Source: Bryobacterales bacterium
GTDB lineage: Bacteria > Acidobacteriota > Terriglobia > Bryobacterales > UBA6623
Length of the DNA stretch: 64,000 nt
Assembly: GCA_965238045.1 (NCBI GenBank)
Contig: CBDEGU010000010.1
Coordinates: 237,627 to 301,626 of the forward strand
Direction of reading: 5' to 3'
How positions within the stretch are numbered: position 1 is the stretch's first letter; each line of letters starts with the position of its first letter. Made by a program: the position numbers and the translations under genes. The notes below the pieces were generated by a model. That model was not told where the DNA came from and did not search any database. It saw only the letters and a list, made by a program, of their open reading frames with translations. Below, one piece after another: positions 52,136-62,542 of the stretch.

Positions 52136-54602
52136 CTACTCCATCCCCGCCGGTTCGGCCAGCCAAATGTTCGATTTGGTCTCGCCCAGTGGAAGGTAGT
52201 GCCGGTCGGCGGTCATGCCGTAAGCGAATGACGCTGCACCAGCACTTCGGAGCAGGCCGTGGAAGTGTTGGACCGCCTTGGGAGGGCCTTTCGGCTTCTT
52301 CGTGGCCGGGTCGAGGGCCTGCGCCCAAATACAGTTAAACTCGTCTTGGCGCGACAAAAAATAGAGCGTGTTGCCGTCGGGCGACCACCAATTGTGCCCC
52401 CCGCCGACACCACCAGCAGATGAATTTCCGAGAGCAATCCATCTGCTTTCGTCCTGTGCTCTGCCGTCTTTCAGGCTCGAAACAAAGAGCGGGGCGCCAG
52501 GAGCCAGAAGCTTGAACGATAGCCATTTCTGGTCAGCAGAGAAGCGGACGCTGTGTACCGGATATTGCGAGTGCTCCAGCCCAAGGTTCTGTTGCCGCCC
52601 AGTTGCAAGATCGGCGGTCTTCCAGCGAATGGGTGAGTTCGTGTAGTAGAGGATTTTCTTGCCGTCCGGTGTCCAATCCATAAGCGCACCGGCATCCTCG
52701 ATCAGGAGCCGCTCCGTCCCCCGGCTGAGTTCGATGACATGGACGGTTGTCTTTCCCTCACGGCGGCGCAAAAAGGCGACTTCTGTGCCGTCGGGCGAGA
52801 TGACTCCCCGGTATTCCGCGTCCGGACCAACCGTGACGGGTGTATCCCCGCCACTTTCGAGATCCCGCAGCCAGATGTCCATGTTGCCGGAGCGGTCGGA
52901 AGTGTAGACCAGCTTGCGGCCGTCGCCGGAGATCGACGGGTACTGGTCGGTGCTTAGCCCGGATACGACACGCTCGGGTTCACCGAGCGCCTGGGCGCGG
53001 TTGGGGTCCAGAGGCAAGCTCCAGATGTCCCAATCGGTTGTGGAATTCGAAAATGCAATGCGTCCGTCCCGCGATGCGGAAGGCTCCCGTTCGCCGGTTC
53101 CCGCCGTCAATCTCTGGGGCTCCCCTAGCACTCGCCCGTCGCTAGGGGAAATTTGCATACGCCAGACGTTTCGAGTGCCACCCTCTCGCATCGCGGCGCG
53201 AAAGATGACCCAGTTCCCCTCCGCCAGCCAGGTTCTGGGACTGGGAAAGTTGCGCCCTCGGCCAATTCCGCCAATCTGAAAGCCAGCGGCTTCGAACATC
53301 TCGTGGACCCTCAGGCTAATCGCTTCACCGCCTTCCACCGGCTGGAGCCACCAGTCAAATTCGCTTGTACGGCCGAAATCGCCTGGCTCTATTCTGCCCG
53401 CAACCAGCAACTGCTTCCCATCAGGTGACCAAACGGCTGATGCCGCTACAGCCAGGTTCGTCTCCACCCGCCGCGCGGCGCCGCCGGAAGAAGGCGCGAT
53501 CTCGGTCCAATAAAATATCTGATTCTTAGTATTGGCCCTTCCGGTCGAGTAGCTCACATGGGAGCCGTCCGGTGAGAAGCGGGGATCGCGGCCAGCAGCC
53601 GCGATTCGCCTTGGGCTTCCCCCCAGAGCGGGAACCACATAGATGCCGCCCCCATCCCGGTCGGACCGAAAGACGATACGATTGCCATCGGGTGAAAACG
53701 AAGGAGCCTGATCGTTAGCTTTGCCGGTAGTGAGCCGGATCGGGTTGCCCCCTCCCAATTGCTGCACCCAGATGTCGAGATTGCCCTCCCCGCCTCGATT
53801 CGAGGCATAGGCCAGGAGTCTTCCATCGGGCGAAAGAGCCGGCTGGCCGGTGTCGCGGGTGATTTGGCTAAGGTTGTATCGCGGCGGGCCTTGCGCGGCC
53901 GGTTCCCCCGAGCCGCCGAACCACCAGCCCAGGCCCAGGGCGCCCAGCACGACAGCGGCCACCACGCCAAGCGTCGCCGGTGAGACGCGTTTAGCGAGGG
54001 CGGGTTTGGCGCCGACTCGCGACGCTTGCGGTTCCAGCCCCCGGCGCACCGCTTGCAGATCCACAAGCAAATCGCTGACATGCTGGTAGCGCTCGTCCGC
54101 TTGCTTCGCCAGACACTTGTCAACGATTCCTTCCAAGTCTTTCGGCACTCCGGTGCGGACGGCCGTCAGCGGTTCAGGCTGCTCGTTCGTAATGGAATAG
54201 ATGACAGCGTGATCGACCTCGCCCTTGAATGGCGGCTGCCCCGCGACCATCTCATAAAGAACGACGCCGAGTCCCCAGACGTCCGAGCGCCGGTCGGTGG
54301 GCTCTCCCAGCCTTCTTGCTCAGCGTCCGGCCTTCAAGGAAGGCCATGACGATGAAGGTGCGGCCATCCACCTCGTCGATTTCGTGGACCGTGCAGATGT
54401 TGGGGTGATCGAGTTTCGCGGCGGCCTTGGCCTCGCGCTCGAAACGCTTGCGGCCTTCCTCATCACGGAGCAGATGCGGCGCCGGAAATTTCAGAGCCAC
54501 CGGCCGGTCCAGCTTGAGATCCTCGGCCTTATAGACGACACCCATGCCGCCTTCGCCGAGTTTCTCGGTGATGCGGTAGTGGGAGATGGTCTGGCCAATC
54601 AT
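52136..54602 (-). pseudogene. Ser/Thr kinase::TM::TolB-propeller gene with about 251-bp frameshifting deletion of the catalytic core
   Basis: The N-terminal ORF (54252..54602) has [15 protein letters not shown]. The next frame (52136..54250) resumes at VAGQPPFKG. The junction at 54310/54311 aligns to 56787 and 57039 of the intact copy, removing HRDIKPDN, DFG and SPE. Confidence 0.8.
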
Positions 54603-57329
54603 TTATTGGGTCCCCACCGGTTCGGCGAGCCAAATGTTGCCACGGGATTCGTAGACCGGGAAGTAGAGCGCGTCGGTGGTCATGGCGAAGCCGAACAACG
54701 CGGGGCCGACAGGCCCAAAGCGCTGCCGGCCGTGGAGATGCCGCAGCACCTTGAGCGGGCCTTTAGGCCGCTTGGTCGCGGGGTCCAAGGGCTGAGCCCA
54801 GATACAGGCGAACTCATCTCGGTCGGAAAGGAAATAGATCGTGTTGCCGTCCGGCGACCACCAGGGATGAACGTCTCGACGACCTCCAGAGGTAATCTCA
54901 ACCCACTGGGAGTGCTCTAGCGGTTGCCGGTTCTCCACGCGAGCCACATAGATTCGGCGCTCATCCGAGGGTCCCCCAAGATTGAGGGCAAAAGCCAGCC
55001 AATCCCCCCGGGGCGAATATCGGAGTGACCCAGATCGGTATTCCGGGTGTTCGAGACCAACGTCGCTGACGTGGCCGGTATCGACATCCACCACCCGGAA
55101 AACCAGGTTCGGCGACGGCGTGTAATAGAGGACTTTCTTGCCGCCGGGCATCCAGCCCATCAGGCTGCTGATGCCTTCGAGAACTCGCTTCTCGGTTTCC
55201 GTGGCCAAGTCCTTAACGTACAAACTCGTCTGGTCATTCTCTCGACGATTGAAAACGACACGCGAGCCGTCGGGTGAGATTTCCCCACGATACTCCCCGG
55301 TGTCGCTTACCGTGATGCGGGTATCCCGCCCGGCCGCAAGGTCCCGCCGCCAGATATCGCTGTTGCCCGCACGGTCGGAAGTGTAGATCAGGTTCCGCGC
55401 ATCTTTGGGAATGGAAGGGAAGTTGTCTCTGCTCAGCCCCGAAATCACTCGCTCCGGCTCGCCCCGCACCCCGACCGCGTTCGCGTCGATCGGGAGTTTC
55501 CAGATGTCCCAGTCTTGGATGGCATTGACAAAAGCGATCCGGCCATCTTGGGTCGCGGAAGGATCTTGCTCGCCGGTACCCGAGGTGAGCCGCTGGGGGT
55601 CGCCGATGAGACGCCGGCCATCGGCTGAGATTTGAACCCGCCACAGATTGGAAGCCCCGCCCCCAGAGGCCGCATGGAACAGAATATAGTTCCCGTCAGC
55701 CACCCATTGATGAGGAGAAATAAACCTTTGCTGAAACATTTGCTGAATGTCTCTTTGCAGAAACAGATCGCGCGCGCCAAGCGGGACTGGTTCACCGCCC
55801 TCCACTGGCACAGTCCACCAGTCCATCAGCCGCCTCACGCCAAAACCGCTGGGCTCGGCCGAACCGGCGAACAGCAGATACTTCCCGTCAGGTGACCAAA
55901 CGGCTGATTGCGCTATAGCCAGGTTCGTCTCCACCCGCCGCGCGGCGCCGCCGGAAGAAGGCGCGATCTCAGTCCAATAAAATATCTGATTCTTAGTGTT
56001 GCTCCCCCTAGTCGAGTAGCTCACATGGGAGCCGTCGGGTGAGAAACGCGGATTGCTGCCAGCAGCCGCGATTCGCCTTGGGCTTCCCCCCAGAGCGGGA
56101 ACCACATAAATGCCGCCTCCATCCCGGGCTGACCGGAAGACGATACGATTGCCATCGGGTGAAAACGAAGGGGTCTGGTCGTTAGCTTCGTCGGTAGTCA
56201 GCCGAATCGGGTTGCCGCCGCCCAATTGCTGCACCCAGATGTCGAGATTGCCCTCCTCGCCGCGATTCGAGGCATAGGCCAGGAGTCTGCCATCGGGCGA
56301 GAGCGCCGGCTGGCCCGTGAAGCCGGTGTCGCGGGTGAGCTGGCTGAGGTTGTATCGCGGCGGGGCTTGCGTGGCCGGTTCCTCCGAGCGGCCGAACCAC
56401 CAACCCAGGCCCAGGGCGGCCAGCACCACAGCGGCCACCGCGCCAAGCGTCGCCGGTGAGGCGCGCTTGGCGAGGGCGGGTTTGCCGCCGACTCGCGACG
56501 CTTGCGGCTCCAGAGCGCGGCGCACCGATTGCAGATCCACAAGCACATCGCTGACGTGCTGGTAGCGCTCGCCGGCTTGCTTCGCCAGACACTTGTCAAC
56601 GATTCCTTCCAGGTCTTTCGGCACGCCGGTGCGGACGGCCGTCAGCGGTTCAGGCTGCTCGTTGGTAATCGAATAGATGACAGCGTGATCGACCTCGCCC
56701 TTGAATGGCGGCTGCCCCGCGACCATCTCATAGAGAACGACGCCGAGTCCCCAGACGTCCGAGCGCCGGTCGGTGGGCTCTCCCAGCGCTTGTTCCGGGG
56801 ACATGTAGACCGGAGTTCCGAGGGTCGTACCCTCGCGAGTGAGCTTCGAGCTTTCGGCGAGTTGCGCCAGCCCGAAGTCCATCAACTTCACGAGCCCACG
56901 CGAGCCCTTCATCAGCATCACGTTGTCGGGCTTGATGTCGCGATGCGTAGTGCCCTTTTCGTGCGCGGCGTCGAGCCCTTCGGCCATCTGGATGGCGATC
57001 GAGAGCGCCTCGGGGAGCTTGAGCGGGCCTTCGGCAATCTTCCTGCTCAGCGTTCGGCCTTCGAGGAAGGCCATGACGATGAAGGTGCGGCCATCCACTT
57101 CGTCAATCTCATGGACGGTGCAGATGTTCGGGTGGTCCAAAGAAGCGGCTGCCATGGCCTCGCGTTCAAAACGCTTGGGGCCTTCTTCGTCGCGCAGAAG
57201 GTGAGGAGCCAAGAACTTAAGCGCTACCGATCGCTTGAGTCTGATGTCCTCGGCTTTATAGACGACACCCATGCCGCCTTCGCCGAGTTTCTCGGTGATG
57301 CGGTAGTGGGAGATGGTCTGGCCAATCAT
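54603..57329 (-). CDS. Ser/Thr protein kinase fused to a TM segment and TolB-like PD40 beta-propellers (intact copy)
   Basis: 908 aa. [31 protein letters not shown]. Hydrophobic ATLGAVAAVVLAALGLGWWF. Many SPDG blades. Confidence 0.9.
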   Translation of the reverse strand: MIGQTISHYRITEKLGEGGMGVVYKAEDIRLKRSVALKFLAPHLLRDEEGPKRFEREAMAAASLDHPNICTVHEIDEVDGRTFIVMAFLEGRTLSRKIAEGPLKLPEALSIAIQMAEGLDAAHEKGTTHRDIKPDNVMLMKGSRGLVKLMDFGLAQLAESSKLTREGTTLGTPVYMSPEQALGEPTDRRSDVWGLGVVLYEMVAGQPPFKGEVDHAVIYSITNEQPEPLTAVRTGVPKDLEGIVDKCLAKQAGERYQHVSDVLVDLQSVRRALEPQASRVGGKPALAKRASPATLGAVAAVVLAALGLGWWFGRSEEPATQAPPRYNLSQLTRDTGFTGQPALSPDGRLLAYASNRGEEGNLDIWVQQLGGGNPIRLTTDEANDQTPSFSPDGNRIVFRSARDGGGIYVVPALGGSPRRIAAAGSNPRFSPDGSHVSYSTRGSNTKNQIFYWTEIAPSSGGAARRVETNLAIAQSAVWSPDGKYLLFAGSAEPSGFGVRRLMDWWTVPVEGGEPVPLGARDLFLQRDIQQMFQQRFISPHQWVADGNYILFHAASGGGASNLWRVQISADGRRLIGDPQRLTSGTGEQDPSATQDGRIAFVNAIQDWDIWKLPIDANAVGVRGEPERVISGLSRDNFPSIPKDARNLIYTSDRAGNSDIWRRDLAAGRDTRITVSDTGEYRGEISPDGSRVVFNRRENDQTSLYVKDLATETEKRVLEGISSLMGWMPGGKKVLYYTPSPNLVFRVVDVDTGHVSDVGLEHPEYRSGSLRYSPRGDWLAFALNLGGPSDERRIYVARVENRQPLEHSQWVEITSGGRRDVHPWWSPDGNTIYFLSDRDEFACIWAQPLDPATKRPKGPLKVLRHLHGRQRFGPVGPALFGFAMTTDALYFPVYESRGNIWLAEPVGTQ

Positions 57330-59533
57330 TTATTGGGTCCCCACCGGTTCGGCGAGCCAAATGTTGCCACGGGATTCGTAGGCCGGGAAGTAGAGCGCGT
57401 CGGCGGTCATGGCGTAACCGAAGCCGCTGAGTTGAATGCGCTGCCGACCGTGGAGATGCCGCAGGACTTTGAGCGGGCCCTTGGGCCGCTTGGTCGCAGC
57501 GTCCAATGGCTGGGCCCAGATGCAGGCGAACTCATCCCGGTTGGAAAAGAAATAGATCGTGTCGCCGTCTGGCGACCACCAGGGATGATCGTCTCGACGA
57601 CCTCCAGAGGTAATCTCAACCCACTGGGAGTGCTCTAGCGGTTGCCGGTTCTCCACACGAGCCACATAGATTCTGCTCTCACCCGCGAATGCGTCAAGGA
57701 CGAGCGCGAAAGCCAGCCAATCCCCCCGGGGCGAATATCGGAGTGCCACAGATCGGTATTCCGGGTGTTCGAGACCAACGTCGCTGACGTGGCCGGTATC
57801 GACATCCACCAAGCGGAAAACCAAGTTCGGCGACGGTGTGTAATAGAGGACCTTCTTGCCGCCGGGCATCCAGCCCATCAGGCTGCTGATGCCTTCGAGG
57901 ACACGCTTCTCGGTTTCCGTGGCCAAGTCCTTAACGTACAAACTCGTCTGGTCATTCTCTCGACGATTGAAAACGACACGCGAGCCGTCGGGTGAGATCT
58001 CACCCCGCCACTCTCGGGTCGCGCTTACCGTGATGCGGGTGTCCCGCCCGGTCGCAAGGTCCCGCAGCCAGATATCGTCGTTGCCCGCCCGGTCGGAAGT
58101 GTAAATCAGGGTCCGCGCATCCGCGGGAATGGAAGGGACGACGTCTCTGCTCAGCCCCGAAATCACTCGCTCCGGCTCGCCCCGCACCCCGGCCGCGTTC
58201 GCGTCGATCGGGAGTTTCCAGATGTCCCAGTCTTGGATGGCATTGACAAAGGCGATCCGGCCATCTTGCGTCGCGGAAGGATCTTGCTCGCCGGTACCCG
58301 AGGTGAGCCGCTGGGGTTCGCCGATGAGACGCTGGCCATCGGCTGAGATTTGAACCCGCCACAGGTTGGAAGCCCCGCCCCCAGAGGCCGCATGGAACAG
58401 AACATAGTTCCCGTCAGCCACCCATTGATGAGGAGAAATAAACCTTTGCTGAAACATTTGCTGAATGTCTCTTTGCAGAAATAGATCGCGCGCGCCAAGC
58501 GGGACTGCTTCACCGCCCTCCACTGGCACAGTCCACCAGTCCCTCGGCCGCCTCACGCCAAAACCGCTGGGCTCGGCCGAACCGGCGAACAGCAGATACT
58601 TCCCGTCCGGTGACCAAACGGGTGCGTCGGCGCTAGCCAGATTGATGTCGACCCGCCGGGCTGAGCCGCCGGAGGCCGAGGCGATGTAGATTCTCTGGTA
58701 CCTCAGGATGGCGGCGTCCACCTCTTGTCGCGTGAAGCTGATCGAGGCGCCGTCGGGCGAAAAACGGGCCCCCGAACCCTTTCCGGCGACGCGCCTCGGG
58801 TTGCCACCCAGTGCTGACACTACGTAGATGCCGCCACCGTCGCGATCGGATTCGAACACGATCTGGCTGCCGTCAGGGGAGAAGGATGGGCCGAAGTCAT
58901 CCGCTGCGTGCTTGGTCAACCGGAGGGGATCACCCCCGGCCAGTTGCTCTACCCAGATGTTGAGGTCGCCTTCCCCTTGCCGGTCGGATGCATAGGCAAG
59001 CAGCTTGCCGTCGGGCGAGAGGGCTGGGTGGAGGGTGATGCCGGTGTCGCGGGTGAGCTGGGTGAGGTTGTATCGCGGCGGGGTTTGCGTGGCGGGTTCC
59101 CCCGAGCGGCCGAACCACCAGCCCAGGCCCACGGCGGCCAGCACGACGGCGGCCACCGCGCCAACGATCGCCGGTGAGGTGCGCTTGGCGAGGGTGGGTT
59201 TAGCCCCGACTCGCGACGCTTGCGGTTCCAGACCCCGGCGCGCCGATTGCAGATCCACAAGCAAATCGCTGACATGCTGGTAGCGCTCGCCGGCTTGCTT
59301 CGCCAGACACTTGTCAACGATTCCTTCCAGGTCTTTCGGCACGCCGGTGCGGACGGCCGTCAGAGGCTCAGGATTCTCGTTCGTAATGGAATAGATGACA
59401 GCGTGATCGACCTCGCCCTTGAATGGCGGCTGCCCCGCCACCATCTCATAAAGAACGACGCCGAGTCCCCAGACGTCCGAGCGCCGGTCGGTGGGCTCTC
59501 CCAACGCTTGTTCAGGGGACATGTAGACCGGAG
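57330..59533 (-). pseudogene. 3' part of a third kinase::TolB gene, split by IS256-family insertion
   Basis: The sequence resumes at ..YMSPEQALGE. Collinear with 54603..56810 of the intact copy. Ends at the TSD copy gaccggag (59526..59533). Confidence 0.85.
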
Positions 59534-60981
59534 GAGATTGTCCCGAATCTAGTTGAAGGTGGAAGGGCGGCGGTTCTCAAGCCCGGTTCTCTGAGAGAAT
59601 CGAGCAAACCTTTCACCACAAAGGAGAACCGCCGTGAAGAAACGATATCACATTCTGGATTCCGCGAAGCAACAGCCAGTCAGCCCCAACGACCTCACCC
59701 GCCTGCTCAGCCAAAACTCCCAACTCATGCTGCCCTTGGTTGAACTGGTCGAGCAGTGCCGCGGAGCCGTCGACGAGGTTATCGACGTCACCGGCCGCGC
59801 CGCCATTCAAGCCGTGCTGGAACTGTCGGCGCAGCAAGTTACCGGTGGAAAACTTTCCCAGCCCGGCAAGAAGCGCCGCGGCGATGTGGTCCGCTGGGGC
59901 CGCCAGCCCGGTCGCGTCAAGCTCAGCAACCGCAAACTGCGCGTCAGCAAACCCAGACTGCGCAAACGCTCCGGCGGCGAGGTCAAAGTGCCCGCTTACG
60001 AAGCGATGCAGGACGACGAACGCCTCGGCGCGCGCATGCTCGACATTCTGATGAAGGGCGTCTCGACGCGCAACTATGCCGGGGTGATTGGCGCAATGGC
60101 CGGCACGGCCGGGGTGTCGAAATCCGCCGTCAGCCGGGAGGCAGTCGAGGCCGCCGAAAAGAGCATCGACGAAGTGCTCACGCGGCGCCTGGATGAGTTG
60201 GATCTGCTGGTGATCTACGTGGACGGTTTGATCTTCGCAGATCATGTAGTGCTTGCAGCGGTGGGCGTAGACCGTCAGGGCAACAAACATGTGCTGGGAT
60301 TGCAGCACGCCGCCACTGAGAGCACAGCCGCCGCCGAAGACTTGCTGAGGGGCATGGTCGAGCGGGGAGTATCGACGGAGAAAAACAGGCTCTTCGTGCT
60401 CGATGGATCGAAGGCCCTGCGGGCGGCGGTGCGGCGGGTCTTCGGCAAAGTTCCGGTGCAGCGCTGCCGTGCTCACAAGCTGCGCAATGTCGTCGAGCGG
60501 CTGCCTAAGGCCGAGCGCGATCAGGCCAAAGCGGCGATCCGGGCCGCCTGGCGGCTGGGAGCCCAAGATGGACAAGCGCGGCTGGAGAAGCTAGCCCAGT
60601 GGTACGAGGGTGACTGGCCCGAGGCGGCGGTGAGTTTGCGCGAAGGCATGGAGGAGTGTTTCACCATCAACCGCCTGGGTGCGCCGCCGTCGCTGCATCG
60701 CTGCCTGGCGACGACGAACATCGTCGAGTCTCCTAACGCCGGGGTGCGGCGGAGAACGCGGCGAGTGACCCGCTGGAAGGACGCGGCCATGGTGTGTCGC
60801 TGGGCCACGGCTGCATTCCTCGATACCGAGAAAAGCTTCCGCAAGATCATGGGTTACAAGGATCTGTGGATGCTCGACGCCATCCTCAATCCGGCCAAGG
60901 CCACAGCAGCAAAGGCTGCCTAGTACAATGCTCTTTTACGCCGCCGCCCTACAAACCCTCAACTACGATTGGGACACTCTC
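59534..60981 (+). mobile_element. IS256-family insertion sequence (1,448 bp) with 8-bp target duplication GACCGGAG
   Basis: TSD at 59526..59533 and 60982..60989. Imperfect roughly 27-bp IRs: gagattgtcccgaatctagttgaaggt vs the reverse complement gagagtgtcccaatcgtagttgagggt. Confidence 0.85.
59634..60923 (+). CDS. IS256-family (Mutator-type) transposase
   Basis: 429 aa. LVIYVDGL...VLDGSKALRAAV...QRCRAHKLRNV...TTNIVES typical of IS256 transposases. Confidence 0.9.
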   Translation: MKKRYHILDSAKQQPVSPNDLTRLLSQNSQLMLPLVELVEQCRGAVDEVIDVTGRAAIQAVLELSAQQVTGGKLSQPGKKRRGDVVRWGRQPGRVKLSNRKLRVSKPRLRKRSGGEVKVPAYEAMQDDERLGARMLDILMKGVSTRNYAGVIGAMAGTAGVSKSAVSREAVEAAEKSIDEVLTRRLDELDLLVIYVDGLIFADHVVLAAVGVDRQGNKHVLGLQHAATESTAAAEDLLRGMVERGVSTEKNRLFVLDGSKALRAAVRRVFGKVPVQRCRAHKLRNVVERLPKAERDQAKAAIRAAWRLGAQDGQARLEKLAQWYEGDWPEAAVSLREGMEECFTINRLGAPPSLHRCLATTNIVESPNAGVRRRTRRVTRWKDAAMVCRWATAAFLDTEKSFRKIMGYKDLWMLDAILNPAKATAAKAA

Positions 60982-61503
60982 GACCGGAGTTCCGAGGGTC
61001 GTACCCTCGCGAGTGAGCTTCGAGCTTTCGGCGAGTTGCGCCAGCCCGAAGTCCATCAACTTCACGAGCCCGCGCGAGCCCTTCATCAGCATCACGTTGT
61101 CGGGTTTGATGTCGCGATGCGTAGTGCCCTTTTCGTGCGCGGCGTCGAGACCTTCGGCCATCTGGATGGCGATCGAGAGCGCCTCGGGGAGCTTGAGCGG
61201 GCCTTCGGCAATCTTCTTGCTCAGCGTTCGGCCTTCGAGGAAGGCCATGACGATGAAGGTGCGGCCATCCACTTCGTCAATCTCATGGACGGTGCAGATG
61301 TTCGGGTGGTCCAAAGAAGCGGCTGCCATGGCCTCGCGTTCAAAACGCTTGGGGCCTTCTTCGTCGCGCAGAAGGTGAGGCGCCAAAAACTTCAGCGCTA
61401 CCGATCGCTTGAGTCTGGTGTCCTCGGCCTTGTAGACGACACCCATGCCGCCTTCACCGAGCTTCTCGGTGATCTTGTAGTGGGAAATGGTTTGACCGAT
61501 CAT
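60982..61503 (-). pseudogene. 5' part (kinase N-lobe and catalytic loop) of the IS256-split kinase::TolB gene
   Basis: ATG at 61503 ([26 protein letters not shown]...HRDIKPDN...DFG...GTLGTPV), then the IS junction. Confidence 0.85.
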
Positions 61504-61611
61504 AGCCCCGACCGAGCCTGAGTGGATTGTACCGCAACAGGGCGGATGGCGAAGGCGGGGAATATAAAAAAGTGGAGTGGATTCTTGAGGCGAAACCACG
61601 AAACTAAAGAG

Positions 61612-61863
61612 GTGTTGTGGCTGACTGATACGTATAATACGCGGGCTATTACTTATGCAGTCAGGATACGGACGATCACCGTGCCGGAAGAGGTCTATCG
61701 AGGGCTGCACGCCAAGATCGGCGGCGGACGCATCAGCGGTTTTATTGATGCGCTCGCCCGGCCGCATGTTGTGCTCAGCGTACTTGACTGTACACTGAGC
61801 ACGGCGAGCAAGCACAACGAAGCAATGGCGGTCCTGTCATATGCTTCGGTCGTCAGATGGTGA
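61612..61863 (+). CDS. possible orphan ribbon-helix-helix (CopG/VapB-like) small protein; start unclear
   Basis: RTITVPEEVYRGLHAKIGGGRISGFIDALARP fits a beta-strand/helix/helix RHH pattern. TATAAT at 61633..61638 lies inside the ORF, so the true start may be further downstream. No adjacent toxin gene. Confidence 0.25.
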   Translation: MLWLTDTYNTRAITYAVRIRTITVPEEVYRGLHAKIGGGRISGFIDALARPHVVLSVLDCTLSTASKHNEAMAVLSYASVVRW

Positions 61864-61880
61864 GAAATGCGGTCCCGGTA

Positions 61881-62378
61881 CTAACCGCCCCCCTCGCCGC
61901 CTTCGCTCTCTTCGCCCATCTGCTGCGACAGATAGACACCGATGCCCATTTGTTCGATCATCGTCAGCTGCGCTTCGAGAAAATCGACGTGGCGCTCCTC
62001 GTCGTTGAGAATTTTCTGGAATAGATCGCGCGAGCCGTTGTCGCCGGCTTCTTGGGACGCCTTGATGGCTGCGTTCAGACGCGGCAGGGCTTCGAGCTCC
62101 AGGTTGAGATCGTTCTGAAGCTGCGCTTTGACGTCCTCACCGATAGTCAGAGGGAACATCTCCCGAAGATTCGGGATCGCGTCGAGGAAAAGAATTCTTT
62201 CGATGAGAGCCTCGGCGTGGCGCATCTCTTCGATCGATTCCGTCCTGACGTACTGGTAGAGCTTGTCGTAACCCCAGTCCTTGCACATCTCCGCGTGCAA
62301 GAAGTACTGGCTAATCGCGGTCAGCTCCGCCTGCAGCGCTTCCTTGAGGTGACCGATGACTTCCGGGTTGCCTTTCAT
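61881..62378 (-). CDS. bfr: bacterioferritin
   Basis: Start at ATG 62378 (MKGNPEVIGHLKEALQAELTAISQYFLHAEM...), GGAG upstream. Ferroxidase-site E/H pattern (EEMRHAE, DEERHVDFLE). Acidic Gly-rich tail. Confidence 0.9.
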   Translation of the reverse strand: MKGNPEVIGHLKEALQAELTAISQYFLHAEMCKDWGYDKLYQYVRTESIEEMRHAEALIERILFLDAIPNLREMFPLTIGEDVKAQLQNDLNLELEALPRLNAAIKASQEAGDNGSRDLFQKILNDEERHVDFLEAQLTMIEQMGIGVYLSQQMGEESEGGEGGG

Positions 62379-62496
62379 GGCTACTCCTTCCCGGCCCGCG
62401 GTCAGCGCCCAGCGACCGTCCCCAAAGACGGTCCCCAACGGCAGTCTAACGACCAGGCCGTAACGTCTCTACATTGTATCGGGCCGTCTAGCCCCC

Positions 62497-62532
62497 GTGT
62501 CGTCCGGCTGTGTCGTCCGGCTGTGTCGTCCG
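62497..62532. repeat. 13-bp tandem repeat GTGTCGTCCGGCT x2.8
   Basis: Copies at 62497..62509, 62510..62522 and 62523..62532 (partial). Lies between the epimerase stop (62543) and the bfr start (62378). Confidence 0.6.
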
Positions 62533-62542
62533 CCCCCTATCG

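Noticed and set aside
52136-61503. Diversity-generating retroelement (template/variable repeat) as an explanation for the variable propeller paralogs
   Set aside because: No reverse transcriptase gene and no short adenine-specific mismatch pattern were seen. The differences are blockwise (mosaic), which fits recombination.
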